A stretch of DNA of 64,000 nucleotides from an uncultured Verrucomicrobiae bacterium. GTDB lineage: Bacteria > Verrucomicrobiota > Verrucomicrobiia > Limisphaerales > CAVQOW01. The stretch covers positions 6,845 to 70,844 of the forward strand of contig CAVQOW010000016.1 in NCBI GenBank assembly GCA_963714605.1, written 5' to 3'. A program made the position numbers and the translations under genes. Below the pieces are notes generated by a model that did not search any database, was not told where the DNA came from, and saw nothing but the letters and a program-made list of their open reading frames with translations. Below are positions 1 to 10,381 of the stretch, in pieces (positions within the stretch are counted from its first letter, which is position 1; each line of letters begins with the position of its first letter).

Positions 1-169
1 AGCCTTGGCGGAAAATCCATTCCCACGCGGCGTCGAAAAGTTGAGCGGTTCGGAACATGCCTATCGCATTCGTCTGGGAGATTACAGAGTCGTTTATGAA
101 GTGGTTTCCGAACAGAAGCTGGTTGAAATCCAACGTGTCCGGCATCGCAAGGATGTTTATCTTTATTAA
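1..169 (+). CDS. RelE/ParE-family type II toxin, C-terminal part (5' end lies outside the window)
   Basis: Frame 2 reads ...KLSGSEHAYRIRLGDYRVVYEVVSEQKLVEIQRVRHRKDVYLY*, the conserved RelE/ParE C-terminal core. Stop TAA at 167-169. Confidence 0.7.
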   Translation, partial: ALAENPFPRGVEKLSGSEHAYRIRLGDYRVVYEVVSEQKLVEIQRVRHRKDVYLY

Positions 170-187
170 ACCCACGTCAAAAGGACT

Positions 188-1489
188 TTGAAAGCTTTAG
201 TCCAAACACGCGATACGCGCACGGAACGAGTCTTCCTCGTCGGCGTGGAATTGAAATCGGGCAAGTCGCACGAGACGCGAGAGTCGCTGGACGAACTCGC
301 GGAACTCGCCACCACCGCCGGCGGTGAAGTCGTTGGCGAAGGCGTGCAAAAGGTCGAATCAGTCAATCCCGCCACCTACATCGGCAAGGGCAAAGCCGAG
401 GAGTTCGCCAAGTTTTGCAAACAGCAGAACGTGGACACCGTCATCTTCGACGATGAGCTTTCCGCCGCGCAGACGCGCAACCTGGAAAAATTTTTTGAGG
501 TCAAAATTCTCGACCGCACGGCGCTGATTCTCGACATCTTTTCGCAACGCGCCCGCACGCGCGAAGGCAAGTTGCAGATCGAGCTGGCGCAGTTGCAGCA
601 TTTGCTGCCGCGGCTGACGCAGTTCTGGGGTCACTTGTCGCGTCAATCTGGCGGCATTGGCATGCGCGGCGGCGAAGGCGAATCGCAGCTCGAATCCGAT
701 CGCCGGAAAGTGTCCGAGCGCATTGATAAAATCACGCGCGATCTCGACACCGTCCGGCGCCAGCGCGAGACGCAACGCGCCGGTCGCAAGCGCAGCCAAT
801 GGCCGCTGGCGTCCATTGTCGGTTACACCAACGCGGGCAAATCCACGTTACTCAACGCGCTCACCGGTTCAGAAGTCATGGTGAAAGACATTTTGTTCGC
901 CACACTTGACCCGACGACGCGTCGGTTGCGTTTGCCATCGAACCAAAACGTCTTGCTCACGGACACGGTGGGTTTCATCCGCAAACTGCCGCACGGACTC
1001 GTCGAGGCGTTCAAGGCCACGCTCGAAGAAGTCGTGCAGGCGGACTTGCTGTTGCATGTCGTGGACGTCAGCCATCCGCAGGCTGAGGAACAGATTACCG
1101 CCGTGAACTCGGTGCTGGCGGAAATCGGCGCGGCGGACAAACCGACGCTGATGGTGTTCAACAAAATGGACAAGCTCAACGGCAACCCCGACGGAATCGG
1201 GGCGAACGGCGTGTTGAACCGGTTTCAGGAACGCCATCCACACGCGGTCGCAATTTCGGCGGCGACGGGCGAGGGCGTGCCGGCGTTGCTGGCGGAATTG
1301 GGCAGCCAGTTGCGGCCCAAACGCGAATTTCTGGAATTGCGCGTGCCGCACGATCAGGCGGCGGTCATCGCGCGGCTGCACAAGGTCGGGCAGGTGGTGG
1401 CGCGGCGTTACAACGCCAAGACGGTGCGGTTCAAGGCGCGCATTCCACCGCATCACCACGCGGAGTTCGCGGCGTTTATTGTGCACTAA
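188..1489 (+). CDS. hflX: GTPase HflX
   Basis: 433-aa ORF with an HflX N-terminal domain (FLVGVEL...ELAELATTAGGEVVG), G1 GYTNAGKSTLLNALTG, G3 DTVGFI and G4 NKMD. Confidence 0.95.
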   Translation: MKALVQTRDTRTERVFLVGVELKSGKSHETRESLDELAELATTAGGEVVGEGVQKVESVNPATYIGKGKAEEFAKFCKQQNVDTVIFDDELSAAQTRNLEKFFEVKILDRTALILDIFSQRARTREGKLQIELAQLQHLLPRLTQFWGHLSRQSGGIGMRGGEGESQLESDRRKVSERIDKITRDLDTVRRQRETQRAGRKRSQWPLASIVGYTNAGKSTLLNALTGSEVMVKDILFATLDPTTRRLRLPSNQNVLLTDTVGFIRKLPHGLVEAFKATLEEVVQADLLLHVVDVSHPQAEEQITAVNSVLAEIGAADKPTLMVFNKMDKLNGNPDGIGANGVLNRFQERHPHAVAISAATGEGVPALLAELGSQLRPKREFLELRVPHDQAAVIARLHKVGQVVARRYNAKTVRFKARIPPHHHAEFAAFIVH

Positions 1490-1558
1490 AATAGCCGCAC
1501 ACCGCGCGCGGGCAAAATTTTTCGTGTATTTCTTGCGTTTCGTGGTTAAACAATTTCC

Positions 1559-2269
1559 GTGTCCCATGTCCTGCGCATCAAAGACCAGCCCGCCAGCGAG
1601 CGTCCGCGCGAACGGCTCGCTGCCAAAGGCCCGGCTGCGCTCACGGACGCGGAGCTGATTGCGATTTTGCTTCGCACTGGATTGAAAGGCGCGAACGCAG
1701 TCGAGATTGGCGCGCAGTTGCTGAAAAAATTCGGCTCGTTGCAGGCGCTGGCGCGGGCGTCGGTGGACGATTTGCGCAAGGTCAAAGGCATCGGGCGCGA
1801 CAAGGCGGTGACGTTGCTCGCCGCGTTCACTCTCGCGCGCAAGATGGCGGAGGAGTTGCAGCGGGAATCGCCCGTGCTCGACAATCCCGAAGCAGTCGTG
1901 GCGCTGCTCAAGGGTCAGAATCTCATCAAGGACGTGGAAACGCTCCAAGTGCTGCTGCTCAATACTCGACGACGTCTCATCCGTGTGGAGGAAGTCATTG
2001 ACGGCACGATTGACACGCTGCTTGTGCATCCGCGCGAAGTTTTCCGGAAAGCCATCGCCGCCAATGCCGCCGCCATCGTGCTTGCGCACAATCATCCGAG
2101 TGGCGACCCGACGCCGAGCGAGGCGGACATCAAAGTGACGCGCGATTTGATCCGCGCCGGGCAGCTTTTGAAAATAGACGTGCTCGACCACGTCATTATT
2201 GGTCGCGCCACACCGGAGCGAGCGAAGGATTATGTGTCGCTGCGGGAACTGGGATATTTTTATATCTAA
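1559..2269 (+). CDS. radC: RadC-like JAB/MPN domain protein
   Basis: 236-aa ORF with a GTG start. It has an HhH-type N-terminus (LTDAELIAILLRTG) and the JAB motif HNHPSGDPTPSEAD. Confidence 0.9.
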   Translation: MSHVLRIKDQPASERPRERLAAKGPAALTDAELIAILLRTGLKGANAVEIGAQLLKKFGSLQALARASVDDLRKVKGIGRDKAVTLLAAFTLARKMAEELQRESPVLDNPEAVVALLKGQNLIKDVETLQVLLLNTRRRLIRVEEVIDGTIDTLLVHPREVFRKAIAANAAAIVLAHNHPSGDPTPSEADIKVTRDLIRAGQLLKIDVLDHVIIGRATPERAKDYVSLRELGYFYI

Positions 2270-2324
2270 GCGTCAGTTCGTCACATTGAACAAAGGCTCG
2301 ATTTAAGGGTTTAACCATGTAACA

Positions 2325-3143
2325 ATGCGCCAAAGCATGATTCATCCAACCGCCATCATTCATCCGAACGCGAAGCTGGATTCGACCGTGCAAGTCGGGC
2401 CGTATGCCGTGATTGACGAGGGTGTGCAACTCGGCGCGGACTGCGTTATCGGGCCGCACGTTTATCTGACCGGGCTGACGACGATTGGCGCGCGCAACCG
2501 TTTTCACGCGGGTTGTGTCATCGGGGATGCGCCGCAGGACTTAAAATACAGCGGCGAACCGACGCGGCTGCGCATCGGCGGTGACAACGTTTTTCGCGAG
2601 CATTTCACGGCGCATCGGTCGAACAAGGTCGCAGAGGAGACAATCATCGGCTCGCATAATTTTCTGATGCAGCACAGCCACGTAGCGCACAATTGTATAA
2701 TCGGCGACCATGTGATTCTGGCCGGTGGCGCGTTGCTGGCGGGACATGTGACGGTGCAAGACAGCGTCTTCATTTCCGGCAATTGTCTGGTGCACCAGTT
2801 TGTGCGCGTCGGTACGCTGGCGATGATGCAGGGCGGCTCGGCCATCAGCAAAGACCTGCCGCCGTTCACGGTGGCGCTGCGCGAGAACGAGATTTGCGGG
2901 TTGAACATTGTGGGTTTGCGCCGCGCCGGGTACACGGCGGAGCAGCGGTTGGAATTGAAGCGACTTTACCATGCGTTGTTTCGCAGCGGGCAGAACTTTA
3001 GGCGGGCCGTGACCGAAGCGCGCGGGAGGTTTTCCAGTCCGGTGGCGAAAATCTTGCTGGAGTTCGTAACAGATTCCAAACGTGGTGTTTGCGCGGATGC
3101 CGGACAAAATGGCGAAAATAAAAACGAACCAGACATGGAGTGA
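2325..3143 (+). CDS. lpxA: acyl-ACP--UDP-N-acetylglucosamine O-acyltransferase
   Basis: 272-aa ORF with hexapeptide-repeat beta-helix (IHPTAIIHPNAKLDSTVQVGPYAVIDEGVQLG...) and an LpxA-type C-terminal helical part (GLRRAGYTAEQRLELKRLYHALF). The true start may be ATG 2337. Confidence 0.9.
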   Translation: MRQSMIHPTAIIHPNAKLDSTVQVGPYAVIDEGVQLGADCVIGPHVYLTGLTTIGARNRFHAGCVIGDAPQDLKYSGEPTRLRIGGDNVFREHFTAHRSNKVAEETIIGSHNFLMQHSHVAHNCIIGDHVILAGGALLAGHVTVQDSVFISGNCLVHQFVRVGTLAMMQGGSAISKDLPPFTVALRENEICGLNIVGLRRAGYTAEQRLELKRLYHALFRSGQNFRRAVTEARGRFSSPVAKILLEFVTDSKRGVCADAGQNGENKNEPDME

Positions 3144-3203
3144 ATTCCGTCCTGCTGTTGGAACCGAACCTGTGACAAACTTGGTTTTGACGGTGCCGGA
3201 GCA

Positions 3204-4272
3204 ATGCGTTACGGTACCGAACTGAAGATGAGTCGTGGTTTCTTGAAATTCACCTGGCCCACCCTGCTGGTTGGCGCGCTGTTCGTCGCCGCCCCACTGG
3301 CATACGGTCCCGAATCGCCCCCCAAGCGCGGCCAGGCGATCCTGTTTTCCGATCCCAAGAGCGGTGTGATGGCTTCCAACGCGATGCAATCGGCCACGGA
3401 AAAACCGGCCTTGAAAAATCTGCCGGGAGATTCCAAGAAATCGTTTGAGGCGTTCAACTCGGAAGATTCCCTCAGCGGAGCTCTGATGCCGATGGCGCAG
3501 CCCGCGCCGCCACCCATGATTTCGAGCAAACGGGTCAAGGCGCTGATCGAAAAACGCAAGGATTGGGTCTTCCTTTCGCCGGAGGAAATCGTTGGAGTAC
3601 AGTCCGCCGAGGATGCTTTGCAAGCGTCGGAATATGATGCGGACGGCAAGGAGAAGGGAAAGGCCAAGCCGGTGCAACGGTATCGCGAGCGACTCGACAA
3701 GTCGCGCGCCGCGATGACAAACCAAGTCCAAAGCGACGGCATTTTCAGCATGGATTCATTGCCCGACGGGCGCACGACATCGGCATCCGGCAACTTCCCT
3801 CGATGCCGACCGGAACAATACGGCGCAAGTGGCGAGGAAACTTTTTGATGAGTCTCCGGAACGCGCGCCCCGTTCTGAACAAGGCGTGGCATCAGGCTTT
3901 GAGGATTTATTCAACTACTCTCCCCCACCGCCGGTTTCGGAGCGCATGAAATCGCAGGAAGAGAGAATGAAGCAATTGGAGCAACTTCTCGGTTCGGATT
4001 CAGCCTCCACGCATTCAGTTGATCCGTTCAGCACGTTACCAGGCCAGTCGCTGCAAACGGCCGTGCCGGACAGTGTCAGTGCTGTTTCGAGTTCGGGAGA
4101 CGCGTTCGATCAGACCGCTTCGGGCTTGAGCGGTTCGCCCCAACTGCCGGCCATGCCGTCGGTCGCTGGCAGCGCTGCGTTTCCAAGCCTCTCGCCGCAA
4201 CTGCAGTCTCCCGCGCCGGACCGCACCCTGACTCCGGCTCCGCCGTTCGCCGTACCGAAGCGGCCATTTTGA
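3204..4272 (+). CDS. hypothetical secreted Pro/Ser/Ala-rich protein (two overlapping ORFs, probably one gene with an indel)
   Basis: ORFs 3204-3848 and 3829-4272 lie in different frames. The first has a signal-anchor (FTWPTLLVGALFVAAPLAYG). The second frame is open upstream of its GTG, suggesting an indel near 3780-3830. No family recognised. Confidence 0.35.
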
Positions 4273-4391
4273 AACGCAGCAGGTTTTCCCACCGAAACGC
4301 GGACGTCGTGGCGATCTGCCAAAGGCTGTTTCGCCAGCGCCAAGTTTTTAGGAAAAAATGTACAAACCGCTGCCGACAGCCGGCCAGCCGC

Positions 4392-6138
4392 TCAGTGGGC
4401 TGAGGTCATCACAAGCACCTGTTCAAGGGTGGAAATGCCTTCACGGGCGCGATCCAGCGCCACCATGCGGAGCGTGCGCATGCCCTGGCCGATGGCAATT
4501 TTGCCCATTTCGCGCGTGTTGGCGCGGGAGATGATGAGCTTGCGGATTTCGTCGGTGATGGTCATCGCTTCGATGATGGCCAGACGACCGGAGTAACCGG
4601 AGTTTTTGCAGCGGTCGCAGCCGCGTCCGCGGATACAGCGTGACGCCGTCAAAAATGCTCGGGTCAATGTTCAGGTCCTGGAACATTTTCGCCGGGTAGG
4701 TCCACCGGCTCCTTGCAATGGGAGCAGATGCGGCGCATGAGGCGCTGTGCGCAGGCGAGGATCACCGAGGAGGAAATCAAGAACGGGCGCGATGCCCATG
4801 TCGTCCAGACGCGCGATGGCGCCGGGCGCGTCATTGCAGTGCATGGTGCTCAGGACCTGGTGGCCGGTCAGCGCGGCCTCGATGGCGATTTCGGCGGTTT
4901 CCGTGTCGCGGATTTCGCCGATCATGATGATGTCCGGGTCCTGGCGCAGGATGGAGCGGAGCGCGTTGGCGAAGGTGAGGCCGATTTCTTTTTTGGTCGG
5001 CACCTGGTTGATGCCCGGCAACCTGGAATTCGACCGGGTCTTCGACGGTGACGATGTTGTAAATCGGGTTGTTCAGTTCGTTGAGCGCGGAATAAAGCGT
5101 CGTGGTCTTGCCTGAACCGGTCGGGCCGGTGACGAGGATCAATCCGTGCGGGGCATCAATGGCCGTCTTGACCTGCTGGAAAGTGTCGGGGTCCAGACCG
5201 AGCTTGTCGATGCTGGCGGAGAGATTGGATCTTGTCCAGCACGCGCAGCACGATTTTCTCGCCATGCACCGTGGGCATGATGGACACGCGCAGGTCGTAA
5301 TCCTTGCCGCCGACCCGGACGCGCATGCGGCCGTCCTGGGGCAGGCGGCGTTCGGCGATGTCCAGGCTGCTCATGATTTTGAAACGCGAGGCCAGCGCCA
5401 ACTGCATCTGCTTGGGCGGCGGCGTGGCATCCATCAGCACGCCGTCAACGCGGTAGCGCAGGCGCAGCGTTTTCTCAAACGGCTCGATATGGATGTCGCT
5501 GGCGCGGTCTTTGATGGCCTGGACGAGAATGAGGTTGGCCAGTTTGATGACAGGCGCTTCTTCGCTGGAGGCGGCGAGTTGGTCGAGATTGACCTCCTCC
5601 ACGTCTTCCTTGACAATCTCGACGTTGTCATCGCGTCTGCTTCGGCACTCGGCCTTTTTCTGGGCGTCCATGGATGATGTCCTCCATGCTGCCGCTCTTG
5701 GCGGCATCGAGGTTGTTGAGCTTGTCGATGATGGATTTTTCGGAGGCGATCATCGGCGACACTTCGAGCTTGTGATGCGCTTGACGTCGTCAAGGCCAGC
5801 ACGTTGAGCGGGTCGGCCATGGCGATGAACAGCTTGTTGTCGAGGCGTGAGACGGGAACGACTTTGTAATTGTGCGCCACCTCGCGCGGCAGCAGGTCGG
5901 CAATCTCGACCGGGATGCCGACGCGGGCCAGGTTGATCGGCGGCGTGTTGAGCACCCGGCCCATGCAGACGGTCATGTCCTGCTCGCTGACGTAGGCTTT
6001 TTCCAGCACGAGCTTCATAAGTCGCGTCCCTTCCTTCTTTTGCTGTTCCAGCAGTTCCTCGACCTGCTTGGCCGTCAGCAAGCCGTCTTCGACGAGGGCG
6101 TCGGCGATGCGTTCTCCGAATGATTTGACCGGGGGCAT
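4392..6138 (-). pseudogene. GspE/PilB-family type II/IV secretion ATPase, reading frame broken about 8 times (true pseudogene or consensus indels)
   Basis: Five ORF fragments tile one protein. They give the T2SSE N-domain (MPPVKSFGERIADALVEDGLLTAKQVEELL...), the DIHIEP...RLRYRVDG block, Walker [19 protein letters not shown], and the Zn motif CSHCKE...GCDRCKNSGYSGR. Shifts were located by hand near 5795, 5760, 5700, 5231, 5022, 4795, 4690 and 4665. Confidence 0.85.
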
Positions 6139-6143
6139 GGGGG

Positions 6144-7008
6144 TTAGCGGAAGGCTTTTCGCAGGTTTTTGACCAGATCACCGGCGGTGGTACCAGATAC
6201 CAGACCAGCCGGTTGGCGTGGCTTCGGCCAGTTCCTTGGCGGCCTGCTGGTTGAAAGGGTTGGCCGTGGCGACGAGGACGGACTTGCTCAGCGGTCGAAC
6301 GGCAGCACGCACCATCGCCTGCACGTCTCGGCCGGAAAGCTGCGTGCGAGATCCAGGTCAATGTCGTATTTTTCCAGTGGCAGATAGGCGATCCGTGTTT
6401 TGTCCGTGAGCATTTTCAGCGCTTTCTCCAACGGCATGAAGGCCTTTGTCTGCCAGAATTTGGACGAACGGCTCGATCACGCCATCGGTGGGCGGCTGGA
6501 TAGATCGGGCGAGGTCCAGCAAAGATCGAAATCGGCCGCGGTGATGATTTTGCTTTCAACGAAAATCTTGTGCATCGCCTGGCGTCCATCCTCGATCTCC
6601 AGTGCGGCTGTGCGGGCCGGCGCTTTCCTGGCCGGCGTGTGAGCCGTGTCGGTCGGTTTGGCGGGACGCGACGCGTCCTGCATGACGGGCTGGGCGTCGA
6701 AGTTGTCTAGCCCTGCTCTCGATCTGCTTGAGCGCGCTTAGAACGTCAGGGTCGTCCGGGCAGCGCTGCAGGATGGTTTCATATTCGAGGATGGCGGACG
6801 AAAGCTGGCCCATCTGAACATAAGCCTGCGCGATGCGCTTGGAGGTGCCGATGACGTCCTTCTCCCGGCCCAGCTTGCAGTAGGCTTCCTTGAGGATTTC
6901 GAGCGATTGATAGTCGTGCGGCTGCGATTGAGTGATGACTTCAAACATCTCAATCGTCTGCGCCAATTGAGCTTCTTCGCCCGGGCTTAAGGTGGTTGCC
7001 GTGGCCAT
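6144..7008 (-). pseudogene. TPR + T2SSE_N (GspE N-terminal-like) domain protein, about 6 frame breaks
   Basis: The N-terminal 100 aa are TPR-like (EILKEAYCKLGREKDVIGTSKRIAQAYVQMGQLSSAILEYETILQ). The C-terminal part, reconstructed across frames, reads ...IAYLPLEKYDIDLDLARSFPAETCRRWCVLPFDR/LSKSVLVATANPFNQQAAKEL.../GDLVKNLRKAFR*. The stop lies 5 bp before the ATPase start. Confidence 0.6.
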
Positions 7009-8863
7009 TTTTTTCGCCCCCGCTCACGGCGAACATCTGTTCCATGAGGCTGGGTGACCATGTAACAGCAATCTGCTGGCCAGTTTAGGCTGCGCCCCTA
7101 CCAAAGCAAACTTACCCCATTCCGGGCCATTTCAGCCAATGAACAAGACACCGCTGTCTCGTTCCAAATCAATATGAAACACTGTTTCATCTTGCAGATT
7201 TCGCGGCCCGCTTTACAAAGCTCGCCCATAAAGCAATGCACGCACCAGTTCCAACGATGATCCCGCCCCCCGGCGAGCGCCTTTTGCGCTTCGTTGGCGA
7301 CCAAGCACGGTTCGGCATACAGCCTGCGAAGGCAGGCGATCGTTTGCACGGCTGGCGGGCAATGCTCCGGACTAATCTGGGTCGCGGCGCCGCGCTCCGC
7401 CGCGAAATCATCGCGGCACATACCGGTGGTTTTGCGTTGCGCTGGCGTCTCGTGGCGCGATTTGCCGATGCAACCCGCCGCTGATGGCTGGCAAATCGAA
7501 TTACCGCTTTCTGAGCCGGGCTTCTTCAAAGCCAAAGCCTATCTGCTCGATCCGAAAGGATGGCAATACTGGCCCGACGGGCCGGATGTCGGAATTTCCG
7601 TCCACCCGGATGCCTACCGGACCGGCAAACACGATTTACTGCGCCTTCACACGATTGTTTGGTTCGACGCGGACCGCCGCCAAGACACAGGACAAAAAAA
7701 TCGAAGCCCAACTTCACCAACTCGACGCGCAAGGTTACACCGTCATCCCGCCTTCCGGCAAACTGCGCGACCTTGCCCGCCAACTGCCACACATCGTCAA
7801 CACGCTCGGATGCTGCATCCTGCATTTGCTGCCGGTGAATCCAACGCCCACGACTTACGCGCGACTTGGCCGTTTCGGCAGTCCGTATGCGAGTCTCGAT
7901 CTGACCGCCATTGATCCGGCGCTGGTTGAATTCGACCAGCGCACCACCGGTGTGGACCAGTTTTGTGAACTCACTTACGCAACGCACTTGATCGGCGCGC
8001 GGGTGTTCCTCGACATCGTCATCAATCACACCGGCTGGGGATCGGTTTTACAGGAAACACACCCGGAATGGTTTGTGCGCCAGTCCGACGGCGCGTTCGC
8101 CAGTCCCGGCGCGTGGGGCGTCACGTGGGAAGACCTCGTTGAATTGAAGCACGACAACGTCGCGCTTTGGGACGAAATCGCCGAGGCACTTCTGATCTGG
8201 TGCCGTCGCGGAGTGGATGGTTTCCGTTGCGACGCCGGTTACAAAGTGCCTGCAGTCGGCCTGGCAATACATCGTTGCCCGCGTGCAGGATGAATTTCCC
8301 GAAACGATCTTTCTTCTCGAAGGACTCGGCGGCTCGTGGGAGGCCACCGAAACGCTGCTGACCGAAGGCGGGATGCAATGGGCTTACTCGGAACTTTTCC
8401 AAAATTATTCAGGCCAACAGGTGTCGGATTATCTCGACTATGCCCACCGCCAAAGCCGGCGTGTCGGACTCTTCGTGCATTACAGCGAAACGCACGATAA
8501 CAACCGGCTTGCGGAAAAAGGTCGCGCGTGGTCGTTGTTGCGAAACCGCCTCTGCGCCCTGACCAGCGCCAGCGGCGGTTTTGGTTTCACTTGTGGTGTC
8601 GAATGGCTTGCCACCGAAAAAATCCAAATCCACGGCAGCACCGGCCTTGCCTGGGACAATCCCGACAACATCGTTCCTGAACTCGCACAGTTAAATCGCC
8701 TTGTAACCGAGCACCCGTGCTTCTTCGATGGCACGAAACTCAAGCGACTCAGCCCGCCCGGTTCGCCGGTTTACGCGTTGCTCCGCGAATCTGCCGAAGG
8801 CAAAGACACCGTGCTCGTGCTCGTCAACACAGACGTGGAAAAGGAAAATTCTTTTGCGCTTCC

Positions 8864-8903
8864 GAAATTCAATATTCGAAATTCAAAATTCGAAATTGAA
8901 TTG
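8864..8903. repeat. 7-bp tandem array (GAAATTC AATATTC GAAATTC AAAATTC GAAATTG AATTG) inside a CDS
   Basis: Read directly from the sequence. It is in-frame in the amylase module (translated KFNIRNSKFEIEL), AT-rich relative to the gene, and quasi-palindromic. Confidence 0.85.
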
Positions 8904-10071
8904 CTCGGCCAGCCGCTCCCTAAATTGTCCGCCAGAAAGGACAAAATTTGTTTCACCCTTGCGCCGGGCGCGTGTTATTGCCTCGCCGATGGCATGCAAC
9001 CACACGGATTGAGTGGCGATGCTTACCGTCGCGCCCGCGCCCAAGCGGCGTGGGCGCTTCAAGTTCTTGGCAAGGTCGTACCCATTGAAAACGTTGATGG
9101 ACTTGATTGGCGCTGGCTCGCGGAACAAATTGAGCGTTCGCCGGCAAATTTTCTCGCCGCTGTGCAGCAGCTTGACGGGCGGAACGTTAAATCCTCGCTG
9201 CATTCGTTACTCCAACGATGCGAGGAGCGGAAAATCTTCCCGCAGGTCGTTTTCTGGACGTTGCTTGACCACCGTCGAGCAACACTCGTCCCGCCCCATC
9301 ACTGGCTGCTCATCCAGGATTCCGCGCCGTTCAGGGCCGCGTTGGATGTGAAAAACGAACAAGACAAAATACGGGCTGAACATATTCAATCCATCGCGGT
9401 CCGTGACGGCCATGTTGCTTGTTTCCCACCGCGCGAAAAGGCGGCTGACGCTGATTTGATTTTGGAGCGTTATGCGACGATTTCACAACACGTCAACGGC
9501 CCGATTCGCTTTCTCCCTGCCGAACCCGACAATTCAAAATCCTCCCGCAAATCGGGACCTAATCTGAAGCAATCCGATTTGGTTCTGCTCACCAACGGCA
9601 TTGGCGGCATGGCGCGCATTGCCGTGGATCTTGGCCGTGTGCGTTCGAAATACGACTGCGTGCTTGGCGCGAACTTGCATCCAAGCGTGCCGATGGATCG
9701 CCACGTGTTCGTCAAACGCATCCGCGCTTGGATCAATGCCGACGGTTTTCTCTCCCCGCTTGACGCGAAGAATTTGGCGTCGTTCGATCCCGGCCCGCCC
9801 GCAGTCTGGCAGTTCGTGGCCAGTGCCGGCGACGGACGCACTGTTGAAATCGAACTGCGCGCCGACATGCTCGATGGCAAGAACACCACGGTCTTGTCAC
9901 TTCAGCCGCCCAACCGCCAAACACGTATCAGGCAAAGAGTTGCCCGCCGATGCCGACGTTCGGTTGACAGTGCGATTCGATATCGAGGACCGAAACTTCC
10001 ATTGGGAAACCAAACGCAACAGCGGCGCGGAACATCATTTTGCAACACATTGCCATCCGATTGACGAATTT

Positions 10072-10108
10072 GAAATCCTCCCGCAGTGTGGGACGAAATC
10101 CGAAATCG
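10072..10108. repeat. REP-like hairpin element inside a CDS (GAAATCC-TCCCGCAGTGTGGGA-CGAAATC CGAAATC)
   Basis: There is a near-identical intergenic copy at 35584-35607 (GAATCCCGCCGTGTGGGACGAATC) and a variant at 9538-9559. Here it is translated as EFEILPQCGTKSEIV. Confidence 0.7.
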
Positions 10109-10338
10109 TGGGTTTTACATTCACGCCCGCGCCCGACCGGCAATTGCGCGTGTTCGCAAACACCGGTGAATATCATCCACAACCGGAATGGTGCGAAAAC
10201 ATTCCACATCCGGTCGAACAAAGCCGCGGCCAAGTCGGCAGCGGGGACGCTTACAGTCCGGGCTGGTTTGAAATTCCGCTGGCCGGAAGCACGAATGTCA
10301 CGCTTATCGCAACCGCCGAAACTGCGCAGCGCGAACTT

Positions 10339-10381
10339 CGAGTTTCAGATTTGAAATCTCAAATTTCAAATTTCAAATCTG
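10339..10381. repeat. 7-bp tandem array (CGAGTTT CAGATTT GAAATCT CAAATTT CAAATTT CAAATCT) inside a CDS
   Basis: Read directly from the sequence. CAGATTTGAAAT and ATTTCAAATCTG form a perfect 12-bp inverted repeat. The array is translated as LRVSDLKSQISNFKSD in the debranching module. Confidence 0.85.

Noticed and set aside
869-2191. 440-aa ORF on the minus strand across hflX and radC
   Set aside because: It is antisense to two well supported genes, has Arg/His/Gln-rich composition typical of shadow ORFs in GC-rich DNA, and contains no recognisable motif.
2541-3731. 396-aa minus-strand ORF across lpxA and the following gene
   Set aside because: Antisense shadow ORF. It is Arg-rich with no motifs, and lpxA on the plus strand is unambiguous.
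4392-6138. Programmed ribosomal frameshifting or transcriptional slippage as the explanation for the broken ATPase and topA
   Set aside because: There are too many shifts per gene (7-8), in both directions, at sites without a shared slippery motif. Only the two IS transposases have a credible programmed site.
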